Shown: positions 39,445 to 50,425 of the stretch, piece by piece
Position numbering within the stretch: position 1 is the stretch's first letter
Layout of the letters: each line of letters opens with the position of its first letter
Origin: Nitrospirota bacterium
Lineage (GTDB): Bacteria > Nitrospirota > UBA9217
Direction of reading: 5' to 3'
Length of the DNA: 64,000 nt
Assembly: GCA_963663225.1 (NCBI GenBank)
Contig: OY760142.1
Coordinates: 2,656,001-2,720,000, forward strand
Notes under the pieces: model-generated
Databases searched by the model: none
Told to the model about the DNA's origin: nothing
Seen by the model: the letters and a program-made list of their open reading frames with translations, nothing else
Made by a program: the position numbers and the translations under genes

Positions 39445-40692
39445 ATGTACGATCATATTGCCAAATATACTGAAAAACTTATCCGCGACAGAACGGCCGT
39501 CCCGGACAGTATTCATTTCTATGTGCTGGATGATAAAGTGGTGTCGAACCGGGATGATGACTGGTCAGCCGTTTTTACTGAAGTTTTGAATAAACTGAAC
39601 ATTACCGCGCTGCTTTTTGCAAAAACATCCCTGCCGTTTGCTGATCTGCTGGTAGAGCGCTCTGACGCCGCTGCTCAAAAACTCGTGCCAAAAGACAGTG
39701 AAACAAAAATATTTCTTCATGATATTCCTTTTATAAGAGAACATGAGTGGAAAGGGAAAGCTCTAACCGAATTCGCACCCATGATCATCCAGTGTCTGAA
39801 AGACCGTAAAGCCATGATTTTCCAAAACCTCGGCGTTGTTGCAACAGGCGGTGTGACGGTCGAACAGGCTTTTATCAGCTACTCCACGATATTTCATACT
39901 ACGTTTGTGAAATATTTACTTGACCTGCTGATAGATGGTTTCTTATTGCCGGATGAAAGCAGGGGATTCAATGAATTTCAGGCGTCCTGGCTCAAACTCC
40001 CGGATTTGAGCGACCTCAAGTTCGGCGTGGGGCCCTTTGGCGGCGAGACGAAATATTATGGCCTTTCCGGGAGTAATTTCACGCGGGACTTGAAGGAGGT
40101 TGTATTTGAGGAAATTTGCCGCGTGGGCAGATATACGGTCGAAAAAGGGTATGTGGATTCCTTTTTTGGAAACATCAGTTATTTTGACGGAAAGACTATT
40201 TATATAAGCCAAACTGCTTCTTCTCTCGACGAGCTTGAAGGCCATATAGACCCGGTTCCCCTCGATAATTCTTCGACCGCCGGTCTTTCCGCGTCATCGG
40301 AACTGCCGGCTCACAGGGGAATTTATCTCTCCACGAATTATCACACTGTACTGCACGGCCATCCGCGCTTCAGTGTGATTCTGTCGATGCTCTGTCGTGA
40401 AGAAGGCTGTACCATCGAGGACTGCAACCGTCTGTGCAATCGCAAACGATCAGTATGCGGCATTCCCATAGTTTCAGGAGAAACGGGCGCCGGGGGACTG
40501 GCAAAAACAGTTCCTCTTGCCATCAAAGATACAGGGGTCTGCATCGCCTACGGCCATGGAGTGTTTTCAGCAGGAGAAAGGGATTTTCGGGACGCCTTCA
40601 TGAAGATGGCAGAAGCTGAAGACAAATGCAGAGAGACATACTTTGAACTGGTGAAAGAGAAAATGACTTACCGCAGAGAGAACGGAGGCTGA
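39445..40692 (+). CDS. Class II aldolase/adducin-family protein, two-domain
   Basis: C-terminal half has GNIS, ASSELPAH, LHGH and GHGVF (metal-binding His set); N-terminal half looks like a degenerate second copy. Confidence 0.72.
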   Translation: MYDHIAKYTEKLIRDRTAVPDSIHFYVLDDKVVSNRDDDWSAVFTEVLNKLNITALLFAKTSLPFADLLVERSDAAAQKLVPKDSETKIFLHDIPFIREHEWKGKALTEFAPMIIQCLKDRKAMIFQNLGVVATGGVTVEQAFISYSTIFHTTFVKYLLDLLIDGFLLPDESRGFNEFQASWLKLPDLSDLKFGVGPFGGETKYYGLSGSNFTRDLKEVVFEEICRVGRYTVEKGYVDSFFGNISYFDGKTIYISQTASSLDELEGHIDPVPLDNSSTAGLSASSELPAHRGIYLSTNYHTVLHGHPRFSVILSMLCREEGCTIEDCNRLCNRKRSVCGIPIVSGETGAGGLAKTVPLAIKDTGVCIAYGHGVFSAGERDFRDAFMKMAEAEDKCRETYFELVKEKMTYRRENGG

Positions 40693-40771
40693 GTTTCTGA
40701 TATCGCCGCCGTTTCTTCTGCGGTAAGAATCATGTATACACGGGCTTCTGCTCTGCGTGACCAGCAACGAA

Positions 40772-42232
40772 TTATGGCTTAATCGTAAAATACAGCGAAC
40801 CGCCTCCCCGGTAGACAAGCAGAAGTACAGAGTCTTTCTCGCCTATTTGGGAAACAACGTGGTCATAGTTCTGGACGTTCTGTATTTGCGTGCGGTTGAC
40901 TTCCTGAATTACATCGTTGATCTGCAGAAACTCCTGCGTGGGGCTGTCCTGACCGATGTTCGTGACGACAACTCCATTCAAGTCTTCGGGAAGCCTCAGC
41001 TTGTCGCGCAGGCTCGGCGTAAGTTCCTGTACGGTAATCCCTTTTAAAGCATTGTTGTATTCAGTTTTCTTGACAATTCTTTTTTCCTTGTATTCGCCGA
41101 GCATTACCGTTATCGACTGCTCTTTTCCATCTCGGATGATTTTAACCGCTGTTTTTGTCCCCGGCGCAATGGCTGAAACCATATTTCTGAGGCCTGTGGA
41201 ATTGGCGATTTTTTTGCCGTCCAGCTCTATGACGAGATCACCCCGCTTCAGGCCTGCTTTGGCAGCAGGGCTGTCTTTCTCGACGCCTGATATAAGCGCA
41301 CCTGCCGTCTCCGAGATGTTCAGCGATTTGGCAAGTTCCGGTGTAAGATCCTGGATGCTTACGCCAAGCCAGCCTCGAATCACTTTGCCGTGTTTGACGA
41401 TGCTGTTCATGACTGTTTTTGCCATATCAGCCGGAATGGCAAAACCAATTCCCATGTAGCCGCCGCTGGTCGAAAAAATTGCAGTATTGATGCCGACAAG
41501 TTCGCCGCGCGCGTTTACCATTGCGCCTCCTGAATTGCCGGGATTGATTGCCGCATCGGTCTGAATAAAGTCCTCAAGGTCGGCAATGCCGACATTCGAT
41601 CGCCCCACGGCGCTCACGATCCCCATGGTAATGGTCTGGTTCAGCCCGAAAGGATTGCCGATTGCCAGCACAACGTCACCGGTTTTCAGTTTGGAGGATT
41701 CTCCGAAATTAAGCGTAGGCAGGTTGGTGGCATTTATTTTGACGACGGCAAGGTCTGTTCTTGGATCGGAACCGATGACTTTTCCCGTGAATTCGCGCTT
41801 GTCGTACAGGATGACTTTTATTTCATCGGCATTCTTTATTACGTGGTTGTTCGTCAGAATATAGCCGTCCTCTGACACGATCACCCCTGATCCCAGTGCA
41901 GAGGATTTAAATTTTTTCTTTTGTTCCGGGTGGTTGAATTGATCGCCGAAAAAGCGTTTAAAAAACGGATCATTGAACATGTCGCCGAACGGATTGTCCT
42001 GCATGACAACGGTGGATGTCGTCGAAATATTCACCACTGCTGGGCGCGCTGCATCGGCAACTTCTGCAAGGGCGTCACTTAATTTGGTGAGCAGGCGCGT
42101 TGATTCCTGTGAAATGACTTTTTCTTTTGCAAAACCGGGGCTGTAAAAGACAGTGGACATGGCCAGCAGTAACGTTATGGCCAACAAAGACAATCCTGCG
42201 GCAGATACTACTTTTTCCTTCTGAAATTTCAT
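40772..42232 (-). CDS. DegP/DegQ serine protease with two PDZ domains
   Basis: TNNHV, DLAV, QTDAAINPGNSGG, two PDZ domains, signal peptide. Confidence 0.93.
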   Translation of the reverse strand: MKFQKEKVVSAAGLSLLAITLLLAMSTVFYSPGFAKEKVISQESTRLLTKLSDALAEVADAARPAVVNISTTSTVVMQDNPFGDMFNDPFFKRFFGDQFNHPEQKKKFKSSALGSGVIVSEDGYILTNNHVIKNADEIKVILYDKREFTGKVIGSDPRTDLAVVKINATNLPTLNFGESSKLKTGDVVLAIGNPFGLNQTITMGIVSAVGRSNVGIADLEDFIQTDAAINPGNSGGAMVNARGELVGINTAIFSTSGGYMGIGFAIPADMAKTVMNSIVKHGKVIRGWLGVSIQDLTPELAKSLNISETAGALISGVEKDSPAAKAGLKRGDLVIELDGKKIANSTGLRNMVSAIAPGTKTAVKIIRDGKEQSITVMLGEYKEKRIVKKTEYNNALKGITVQELTPSLRDKLRLPEDLNGVVVTNIGQDSPTQEFLQINDVIQEVNRTQIQNVQNYDHVVSQIGEKDSVLLLVYRGGGSLYFTIKP

Positions 42233-42388
42233 CTCAAATTGCCTCCTTTTATATCATGTTCATACAGTTTCCATAAATCAGTGTAGCGAAAACGTCGCAA
42301 AAAAAGGGGATACGACTATTGTCTGTTGTTAGACACGGTATCTTGCGAATTGTTTAAGTATATCGTATTTTTTTACGGACATGATGGT

Positions 42389-45300
42389 TTAGAGTTTACT
42401 TATTAACTGCAGTCTGTGGCTGTCGAGAAAAAAAAGATAACCTTCCACAGTATCGAGCCGGAATATTTCTTTTGCAGCGGCGCAGTATATCTGCACCTGA
42501 GGTCGGTAATGGTCAATCCAGAGTGCAAGATCTTCTTCATCTTTGATCTGAATGGCTTTGTAGTCAATGATGAAGCCGGTTTTTTCCTGAATAATAATCC
42601 GGTCGATAACACCGCTAATGAGAGACAGGTCTTTTTTTAGAAGAAAAGGAAGCTCAGAATAGGAGGTGTCTTTTTTTGAGAAAATCCAAGAAAAATCTTC
42701 TTTCTGCAGGACTGATTCCAGGACCGATTGCACATCGGCAATAAAAATCCGTCCTTCCGTGCTATCTGAAGCAGGCAGATCGGAAAATTCGCTGATAATT
42801 TTGTCGAGGTCGTATGCTCCCTGTATCGTAAATTCTTGAAGGCAACGATGCATCACGCTGCCGCGTGTGAGTGCAGATACACCTGCCCCCGGATGGTGGC
42901 CAGGGTATATATCGAGGAGGCCTTCATCCTTTTGGACAAGAACGTCTGTGACTTTTTTCCATTCCGGTGTTTTTGTTGAGGGAAGAGGGGAGATGTTCTC
43001 GCCGACATTCTTTGTATCTGCGGAAATTATCCCGATTTGTTCAGTCAATGCGGGATGTTCCAAGGGCATATTAACGGTGAGGGCTTCTTGCTGCCAGCCG
43101 GGAAAGCTGTATGTAATGATTTCTGAAGAAGAAACCTCGTGGTTCTCAAGAGGCAATGTTTTATGGAGAAAATCGAGCCATGTATTCTTCCTGTATGCTG
43201 ATGTTTTTCCTGTTGAGAGGGTTCCTGACATGATCAGGTGATCACGGGCACGTGTCATGGCGACGTATAAAAGACGCTGATATTCGCGCATATACTCCTG
43301 TTGTTCCCCTGTCCATAATTCCTCATAGACCGGGTTGCAGGCACTCCTGACCGCCATACGCCGTCTGACCTCTTCGTTTTTTTGCATATCCTCAAGAACA
43401 AGGGCCTCAGGACCAATGGTGAGTGATTGCGAGGCCTGGTCTATTCCCGGCAGAAATACAATAGGATATTCCAGCCCCTTGGCCTTGTGTACGGTCAGAA
43501 TGCTCACGGAACCCTCGAAGCCCGGCAGATTCATGTCCGAGGTGGCTTCACGTTGTTCGGTGTCCCGGATGTTCCTGATCCATTCAACAAAGTCCTGAAG
43601 CGTGGTATATCCTCGCCGGTCGAATTCTCCCGCCGTGTCGAGCAGCTTGTCAATGTTGAAAATCGCCTGCTGATTGATCTTCCCAAATTTGACGTATGCG
43701 CAACTGTCATCAACAATTCTGTGTATCAGGCCCGCAAGAGGAACAAGTCTGGCGATCTCCGTCCAGCGGCTCAACATGCGCCATACTTCCGGATACTGCT
43801 GTTTGAGCGCATGAGGCACCTCATGATCCGCCAGAACCATGCGGGCAATGTCGCTCTCATGGAGACCGAAAAGGGGCGATTTGAGCGCTGAAAACAAAGA
43901 AAGAACGTCATCATGGTTCCAGAGGTAAAACAGGATATTGATGATTGCTTGTATTTCAATTTCTTCGTAGAAACCGATTCCTCCCACCACACGGTAAGGA
44001 ATGCCTTGTGACTGCAATGCCGCCTCATACTCCTTCAGCCTGGTTCTGGATTGGATAAGGATCGCGCAATCTCCATATCCAGCCGGTCGCAGGCGCCAGT
44101 CTTCATCTGAAGCAGGAAAGAGTTCCGTTTGGATCGGTTGTTTTAGTCTATTTTCCCGATGAGGCGGAGTAGCAAAATTGGCGACCTGTTCATAGACAGG
44201 CGTACCGGTTGCTATCATTTTTGATATTTCCAGCGCGATGATTTCTGGTTCGCCGTTGAACGAAACAGTCTGCGTCTTCCGTTTTTTTGGTATTTCAATA
44301 ATACGCACACTTCCCGCATGTGTTTTTCGAACCGCTTCGGCAGGGATATACAGATCATTCCAGAGTCCTGAAAAAACCTGGTTGACTGTTCCGATAATTT
44401 CGGGTGTTGAACGGTAATTTTTTTCAAGAGAGAGTACCTCTCGCGCCTCCCGTGGTATTCTCTCTTCCATGAGCGTGCGTACATCATGAATCAGGCGATA
44501 GTTTGCTTCCCGGAAGCGGTAAATGGATTGCTTTTCATCACCGACGATGAAAAGAGTGGGGGGCATGGGCTTGTCCGTTCCCATGCCTGCAAAAAGTTCT
44601 TCGGTCAATTTGTGTATAATGGCCCACTGGATATCGCTTGTATCCTGGAACTCGTCGACGAGAAAGTGGAGTATCTTCCGGTCGAGCCAGTAAAGAATAT
44701 CCGGAGATGCGGCTCCCTGAAGAAGCCGATACGCGGATATTTCAAGATCATCAAAGTCAAGAAGACCTTCCCTGAGCTTTGATTCCCGATATTTTTCTTC
44801 CGCAAGCAGATAGAGTTTGATGATGTCTTCTGATACATCGCTTGCATGGATGCGCAGATATGCTTTTTTAAAGTTTGCAAGAAAATCCTGTATCTGAAAG
44901 AACAAAGATTCATACTCCCGGTGTTTTTGCATACTGACAAATGCTTTTGCAGTGATCGGCGGTTTTTTCCGCGGTGAATCTTCCGCCGTGAAATAAATGG
45001 GAAAGACCGCACGTGCGATGTCGTAGGTCGTTTCTGGGGCCTGTACGGAGGCGAGTGCGGCGTGTTCAGCACCCCTGCAGGAAAAATAACCGTCGCCTGC
45101 CGATGCAAGCAGCTTTTCCATTGTCTGAAAGGCATTCCGCCAGGTGCTGCTTGAGACAAGCGCAAGGATCTCCTCGTAATCTGCATCTTTGCTCATTCCC
45201 TGCCGGAAGGTTTGGAGCAGGCCTTCAGGCCCTCCCGCATCAATCTCTATCCGTTTGAGCCTGCTCCTGATCGAGAGAAGATAAGTGATCTTTTCGACAA

Positions 45301-45772
45301 GCTCATCTATCGAAAAAGTGCTGAGGGGCGATGAGGGATCATTCGTATACGTTGAATCTTCCAGTGCGTCTTCAACAGCTTTTTTGATTTTATACGCCTG
45401 GTCTCTGCTGTCGAGTATGCCGAAGTCCGGCGGTAAGCCGGCTTCCAGAGGATATTGCTTCAAAAGATTCATGCAGAATGAGTGAATGGTCGAGATACGG
45501 AGGTCCTGTGTTCCGTGAATGATTTTTTTGAGCATTGTTTCGGGCAGATCATTCATGACCCGTTTTTTTATTTCAGCGGCGGCTTTATCCGTAAAGGTAA
45601 TGGCAACAGCCTGGTCGAAATGAAGGCCGTTTTTGTCGAGATTCGCAAGAAGCGCAAGATAGCGTTCTTTCAGAGCGCGGGTTTTGCCTGAGCCTGCTGA
45701 GGCTGACAAATGCACTGATTTTCTGGTATCAGCAGTTTCCGATATGTTTTTATTCTGGTGGCTAGCGGTCAT
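42389..45772 (-). CDS. addA: AddA-like UvrD helicase/nuclease
   Basis: ASAGSGKT, TFT.KAA.E, VDEFQDTS, VGDEKQSIYRFR, TVHKAKGLE, YVAMTRA, C-terminal G.IDR..IIDYK nuclease. Confidence 0.88.
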   Translation of the reverse strand: MTASHQNKNISETADTRKSVHLSASAGSGKTRALKERYLALLANLDKNGLHFDQAVAITFTDKAAAEIKKRVMNDLPETMLKKIIHGTQDLRISTIHSFCMNLLKQYPLEAGLPPDFGILDSRDQAYKIKKAVEDALEDSTYTNDPSSPLSTFSIDELVEKITYLLSIRSRLKRIEIDAGGPEGLLQTFRQGMSKDADYEEILALVSSSTWRNAFQTMEKLLASAGDGYFSCRGAEHAALASVQAPETTYDIARAVFPIYFTAEDSPRKKPPITAKAFVSMQKHREYESLFFQIQDFLANFKKAYLRIHASDVSEDIIKLYLLAEEKYRESKLREGLLDFDDLEISAYRLLQGAASPDILYWLDRKILHFLVDEFQDTSDIQWAIIHKLTEELFAGMGTDKPMPPTLFIVGDEKQSIYRFREANYRLIHDVRTLMEERIPREAREVLSLEKNYRSTPEIIGTVNQVFSGLWNDLYIPAEAVRKTHAGSVRIIEIPKKRKTQTVSFNGEPEIIALEISKMIATGTPVYEQVANFATPPHRENRLKQPIQTELFPASDEDWRLRPAGYGDCAILIQSRTRLKEYEAALQSQGIPYRVVGGIGFYEEIEIQAIINILFYLWNHDDVLSLFSALKSPLFGLHESDIARMVLADHEVPHALKQQYPEVWRMLSRWTEIARLVPLAGLIHRIVDDSCAYVKFGKINQQAIFNIDKLLDTAGEFDRRGYTTLQDFVEWIRNIRDTEQREATSDMNLPGFEGSVSILTVHKAKGLEYPIVFLPGIDQASQSLTIGPEALVLEDMQKNEEVRRRMAVRSACNPVYEELWTGEQQEYMREYQRLLYVAMTRARDHLIMSGTLSTGKTSAYRKNTWLDFLHKTLPLENHEVSSSEIITYSFPGWQQEALTVNMPLEHPALTEQIGIISADTKNVGENISPLPSTKTPEWKKVTDVLVQKDEGLLDIYPGHHPGAGVSALTRGSVMHRCLQEFTIQGAYDLDKIISEFSDLPASDSTEGRIFIADVQSVLESVLQKEDFSWIFSKKDTSYSELPFLLKKDLSLISGVIDRIIIQEKTGFIIDYKAIQIKDEEDLALWIDHYRPQVQIYCAAAKEIFRLDTVEGYLFFLDSHRLQLISKL

Positions 45773-48700
45773 TTTCTTTTTTTTCGCACAGCATCTCGTT
45801 TCGGCAGTAACGGCACTTGCTTTCTTCTCTCGGCCGCGGCCTGAAATCGTTTTTAAGGATGCCCTCAACTGCTTGGGCAGCTTTCTCTATGCTTTTGTCC
45901 AGAATGGTTTTATATTCATCGGCGTGTTTCTTGGCGGCCCTGGGTTTGGATGACGGTTGTTCCGGCAGGATGTCTCCGTCATACAGAACGACATCACGTG
46001 CATCCGCGCTGTTTTTGCCGGCAAGGTCATAATAGGCAAGGCCGATGGATTTCTTGAGCCCGGGATTACCGTCTGACAGAGCCGATTGAGCCATGATTGA
46101 GTAGATAGGAAGCTGGAACAGGTCCTGCTCCAGGCCCATTTTCGGCAGCGGATATTTCCCGGTTTTATAATCAACGATAATGTAATTTCCCCTGTCGTCA
46201 ACATCGATGCGGTCGATTTTTCCGGAAAGCATGACGTTCTTGCCGTCCGCAAGAGTGAGCATGAACGCTTCAAGAGTCCGCTCCAGATATGCCGGACGCA
46301 TGCCGTGTGTCCAGAACTCTTCTTCGGCATCTAAAAAACGTTTCATGATACGGGTTTGAAATTCTATCTTTTCCCGGCGATTTCGCATTGAGTCTGCTTC
46401 TCTGGCAAAGGCAGACTCTGAAAGGTTTTTGAGAATGATTTCCGCTTCCGGCCGGTTTTTTTTCGTTATGGGAACGTTCCATGACAGATAGAACTTGTGC
46501 AAAAGAGCATGTATCTTACTGCCCTTGTCACGGGGAGAAATGTCTTCTGTCACCGCTTCCAAAGGTTCAATTCCAAGGATATGTTTGACATAATAGTCGT
46601 ACGGGCAGGCAAGGTAATCATCCAGTTCTGTTACCCGGAATTCCTGCCTGTGCTGAACAGGTACATCTTCAGCCGGCGACGAACGTTGGGAACAGAGCGC
46701 TGATGTAATGGCTGCCAGGGGAGAAGAAAACTCCGGTTTTTTCACGGATAAATCCGCAAGCCATTCAGCAAGACTGTTTGCATCATTGTTGAACTGGATG
46801 TTGCTTGCGATGCCGACGGCTTTGGCCAGTTCCTGAAAGCTTTCGCTTTTTTCCAGTGAGAGAGGAAACTGTATCCCTGCCGTTTTTTCGATGCCCCGGT
46901 TGAGAACGCCGGCTATTTTAAAGGGAGTCAGTTCTTCCAGAAATGGCGAAGGAATCACCGGTTTGTCGCCCTTATTCTCCGGCCAGGTGAGGGTAACGGT
47001 GTCCGCAGAAAGAAGAATCCTGTAGAAGTGGTATGCCGCCAGAAGGCGCTGACGCTCGATGGTATTTGCACCCAAAGCTTCAAGCGTTGATTCCGGCAGA
47101 AAAATATTCTGCGGCAAATGCTGCGGAAAGGCCGCATCCGTCAGGCCGCCAAAATATATTTCCGACCAGGGGAGAGCCGCGCTTTCCTGAAGACCCAGGA
47201 TTTGGACGCCGCTCTCGTCTTCCGGAGGGACCTGAAATCGTGTTTGCATGAATGTTTTTTTCAACAGAAAAAGCCATTCCTGAAACGTATAGTTGTATTC
47301 CGGAAAAAGTCTGGCTGCTCCCGCTAACGAGGCAATAGTTTCATTCAGCTTGCGAAATGCTTGAAGGTTGATGTTCAGAGGGCCATGCATATTTTCCACC
47401 CCTGCTCTGAGTCCCGACCATGCGAGCAGATCATTGAAACGATTCAACCAGGCAAGAAGAGGCGCGGATTCCGGGGTGTTGAAAGGGCCCAAAACAGCGA
47501 AAAGATCGTGCAATGATTCAGTCAGGATGTCAATACCGTTTCCATCAGTCGCATGGTACCGGAGTGCCGCCTGAAGTCTGTTTCTTCCTCCAAGTATGCG
47601 GTGGCGCCTCATAAACCGATCGAAAGCAGGCGCCAACTGTGGCTGGTCAGAGAATTTAAGAAAGGGTGAACTGAAGATTCTGAGCAGCGAAGCAGCGGAA
47701 AAATCCTCCTGGCAAGCGTTGAGAAGAGAAATTATCGAAGTGACGACCGGTGATGCGCTGAGCTGCCTGCCCAGCGCACGGTTGTACGGTATGCCGTAGT
47801 CCGAAAAAATTTCTTCGACCAGGGGGGCGTATTCATCGAGTGCAGGAAAGACGACGAGGAGTGAGTCGGCCGCAGCACCGCCCCGTATGGATTTTTTAAT
47901 CATGCCGGCAATCAACGATATCTCTTCGCGGGTATTCACCGCCGAAAGCAGGTTTATTTTTTTTGTAAAAGACGAAAGAGCAGAGAGTTTTTTGGTCACT
48001 TCTGAACAGAGCTTGTTTGAAAAAAGAACGGACGCTATTATATGATTATCAGGAGATGCCGTTGTTTCATCGCATGCCGAGAGACCGTTCGTAGCGGACA
48101 GGAAGTCTTTTATGATCCTGATCGGATGCGCATTGTCGGTGCTGTTTATAATTTCACGCGCAGGCGCTTCCACGAAGCAGGTGCACCGGTTCAGTGCCGC
48201 AATTTTCAAGAGTATATCATGCTCAGACTTTTGTGCATCGTAGAAACCGTCAATAATAATTTTTTGATAACCGGTGAACCACGACTGATCAAAAGCGGCA
48301 AGAAGGAACGCATGCATTCCTTCCGGGTCCGTACGATGCTTGTTTGACAATACGTCGCGATACTGAACGTAAACGTCCAGCAGCAGTTTGACTTGCGGTT
48401 TGTGGAAAAAATCCTCTTCTTTGATTTTTGCCAGGAGGTCTTCGGGCGCTATACCGGCGGCTGACAGCTGCGTGATCATTCCAGCAAGGGCGGACGAAAG
48501 AGACGGTGCCAGAAGCTTCGGGTCCTGTTGAAACAGATTGTTCCGAACGAGGTGTTTCTTAACAATGCCTTCAAGCAGAAGAAGTTTGCTGCTTTCGTTC
48601 ACGACTGAAGGAACAGAGCATTTTCTGCTCAATTTTTCCAAAAACTGATGGATTGTCAAGATATCCGGTTGCACGAGTGCGTTGGTATTGTGCAAACGAT

Positions 48701-48875
48701 GAAGAGCGTCCAGAAAGAGCCTGCCGTACATGCGCTTCATGCGCGTAGAGGCAACCAGAATGAGTATATCGTTGAACAGGTATGGAGCCTCCGGCCTGGA
48801 TGCAACGATTCTGTCTACAAACCGTATTCTTTCAGACCATCCTGCGGTGCCGTATGGAAGCAGCGTACAGTTCAT
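45762..48875 (-). CDS. addB: AddB-like PD-(D/E)XK nuclease with Fe-S staple
   Basis: Y.ACPY, GKIDRID, IVDYKTG, QL.IY, CRYC....LC; overlaps the addA start. Confidence 0.85.
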   Translation of the reverse strand: MNCTLLPYGTAGWSERIRFVDRIVASRPEAPYLFNDILILVASTRMKRMYGRLFLDALHRLHNTNALVQPDILTIHQFLEKLSRKCSVPSVVNESSKLLLLEGIVKKHLVRNNLFQQDPKLLAPSLSSALAGMITQLSAAGIAPEDLLAKIKEEDFFHKPQVKLLLDVYVQYRDVLSNKHRTDPEGMHAFLLAAFDQSWFTGYQKIIIDGFYDAQKSEHDILLKIAALNRCTCFVEAPAREIINSTDNAHPIRIIKDFLSATNGLSACDETTASPDNHIIASVLFSNKLCSEVTKKLSALSSFTKKINLLSAVNTREEISLIAGMIKKSIRGGAAADSLLVVFPALDEYAPLVEEIFSDYGIPYNRALGRQLSASPVVTSIISLLNACQEDFSAASLLRIFSSPFLKFSDQPQLAPAFDRFMRRHRILGGRNRLQAALRYHATDGNGIDILTESLHDLFAVLGPFNTPESAPLLAWLNRFNDLLAWSGLRAGVENMHGPLNINLQAFRKLNETIASLAGAARLFPEYNYTFQEWLFLLKKTFMQTRFQVPPEDESGVQILGLQESAALPWSEIYFGGLTDAAFPQHLPQNIFLPESTLEALGANTIERQRLLAAYHFYRILLSADTVTLTWPENKGDKPVIPSPFLEELTPFKIAGVLNRGIEKTAGIQFPLSLEKSESFQELAKAVGIASNIQFNNDANSLAEWLADLSVKKPEFSSPLAAITSALCSQRSSPAEDVPVQHRQEFRVTELDDYLACPYDYYVKHILGIEPLEAVTEDISPRDKGSKIHALLHKFYLSWNVPITKKNRPEAEIILKNLSESAFAREADSMRNRREKIEFQTRIMKRFLDAEEEFWTHGMRPAYLERTLEAFMLTLADGKNVMLSGKIDRIDVDDRGNYIIVDYKTGKYPLPKMGLEQDLFQLPIYSIMAQSALSDGNPGLKKSIGLAYYDLAGKNSADARDVVLYDGDILPEQPSSKPRAAKKHADEYKTILDKSIEKAAQAVEGILKNDFRPRPREESKCRYCRNEMLCEKKENDR

Positions 48876-48905
48876 TAATCGCTATTATGCCATAATTGAA
48901 ATTTA

Positions 48906-48934
48906 TTGACAATGAGCGGTCTATCGACTATAAT
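48906..48934 (+). promoter_or_regulatory. Consensus sigma-70 promoter of trxA
   Basis: TTGACA-17 bp-TATAAT. Confidence 0.8.
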
Positions 48935-48984
48935 TTTTTTACCGTATCGTAACGCTGTATTGCAGCATTCTGAAGGAGGACAGC

Positions 48985-49308
48985 ATGGCTGAAGCGGTAA
49001 CAAGTGCAACCTGGGAGCAGGAAGTGCTGAAAGCGCAAGGACTGGTACTGGTTGATTTTTGGGCAGTCTGGTGCGGACCCTGCAGAATGGTTGCCCCTAT
49101 TGTTGATGAGATTTCCAAGGAATACGAAGGCAAACTAAAAGTATTGAAACTGAATACGGATGAAAATCCGGATGTTGCCGGGAAATACCGTATAATGGGC
49201 ATCCCGACATTGATGTTTTTCAAAAATGGCCAGACAGTCGATCAGGTGGTCGGCGCGGTCCCCAAAGCGCAGCTTAAAACGAAAATAGACGCACTTCTTG
49301 CAAAATAA
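48985..49308 (+). CDS. trxA: Thioredoxin
   Basis: [17 protein letters not shown]. Confidence 0.96.
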   Translation: MAEAVTSATWEQEVLKAQGLVLVDFWAVWCGPCRMVAPIVDEISKEYEGKLKVLKLNTDENPDVAGKYRIMGIPTLMFFKNGQTVDQVVGAVPKAQLKTKIDALLAK

Positions 49309-49351
49309 CAACATACACTGGTAGTAACGAAGTATTGTTCAATATAAATAT

Positions 49352-49376
49352 GCCTGCTTCTGCAGGCTATTTTTTT
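49352..49376 (+). terminator. Terminator after trxA
   Basis: GCCTGC-TTCT-GCAGGC followed by TATTTTTTT. Confidence 0.65.
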
Positions 49377-49415
49377 ATCCTAAGCGGAGGCACTCTCTTC
49401 TCCATATATTTTACA

Positions 49416-49907
49416 ATGGCCAAACTATTTTTCATTGCCGTTTTTACTGCAATAGCTTTGCTTTCGGCCTGTTCTGACATGCAAACACCGGCGGATTCAG
49501 CCACGTTCGCTGCGGAATTTTCGCTTCAAGATTTAAACGGCAACACAGTAAAACTGTCGGATTATCGGGGGAGGGTTGTCTTGCTCGAATTTTGGGCCAC
49601 TTGGTGTCCGCCGTGCAGAGCGGCAATACCCGACATCGAAAAGATTCATCAAAAATATAAAGACAAGGGACTGGTCGTTCTTGCCATATCACTGGACAAA
49701 GGAGACTGGAGCTTTGTAAAATCTTTTTTGGTGTCGTACGGTATTACATACGCCGTTCTTAAAGGTACAGATGACATTCCGGAACGATACAAAGTTCGCT
49801 CAATTCCTACGACAATGATCCTCGATAAAACCGGAAAAATCATCAAACGATATGTCGGATTCGGAACGGAAGAGAACTTTGAAAAAGACATCAAGGTTCT
49901 CTTATAA
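49416..49907 (+). CDS. TlpA/ResA-family thiol-disulfide oxidoreductase lipoprotein
   Basis: LSAC lipobox, FWATWCPPC, IPT. Confidence 0.9.
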   Translation: MAKLFFIAVFTAIALLSACSDMQTPADSATFAAEFSLQDLNGNTVKLSDYRGRVVLLEFWATWCPPCRAAIPDIEKIHQKYKDKGLVVLAISLDKGDWSFVKSFLVSYGITYAVLKGTDDIPERYKVRSIPTTMILDKTGKIIKRYVGFGTEENFEKDIKVLL

Positions 49908-49946
49908 CACAATTGCAGACAAGCAGTGCTGTTTCCGGTTTTTTGA

Positions 49947-49975
49947 TTGACAACATCAATGCCGGTGGCTATAAT
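49947..49975 (+). promoter_or_regulatory. Consensus sigma-70 promoter of tRNA-Gly
   Basis: TTGACA-17 bp-TATAAT. Confidence 0.8.
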
Positions 49976-49987
49976 ATTTCACGAAAA

Positions 49988-50063
49988 GCGGGCGTAGCTC
50001 AGTTGGTAGAGTACAAGCTTCCCAAGCTTGGGGTCGCGGGTTCGAGACCCGTCGCCCGCTCCA
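49988..50063 (+). tRNA. tRNA-Gly(CCC)
   Basis: Cloverleaf: acceptor GCGGGCG/CGCCCGC, D-arm GCTC/GAGT, anticodon arm CAAGC-TTCCCAA-GCTTG, T-arm GCGGG-TTCGAGA-CCCGT, encoded CCA; 76 nt. Confidence 0.97.
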
Positions 50064-50425
50064 TTTTATTCCTTTTTTTTATAATGATCAGTATTTGTGA
50101 AGTGCCATTAATCCCCGCGCGAAAATTCCATCCCAAGGTTAATTTAGGCTGAAATTTTAAATATTTTAATTATTATTAATATGTCACTTCTTTCCAAAGA
50201 GGTGACTCTGGACATTAAGAGGTGTGCAGTTTGCAAAATAAATATGTGCTCGTAGACAATCCCAAGTTTATCGGTCTACTGTCGAGTGCCCGGCATGCTC
50301 ACTGCTGAACCGGTTGATACGCAAAAGTGAAATATCTGAAGAGAAACGCCAATAAATATATTGACTTAGTTTTTGCAAATGGTTATAAAGAACAATACAT
50401 GTCTGTAAAGACTGGAGGGGTTGCC

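Noticed and set aside
42389-48875. Helicase/nuclease pair as an anti-phage or Cas4 system
   Set aside because: Domain order, size and the trxA neighbour fit housekeeping AddAB; no CRISPR array or defence genes nearby.
49913-50152. 79-aa ORF spanning the tRNA
   Set aside because: It is a translation of the tRNA-Gly gene and its promoter.
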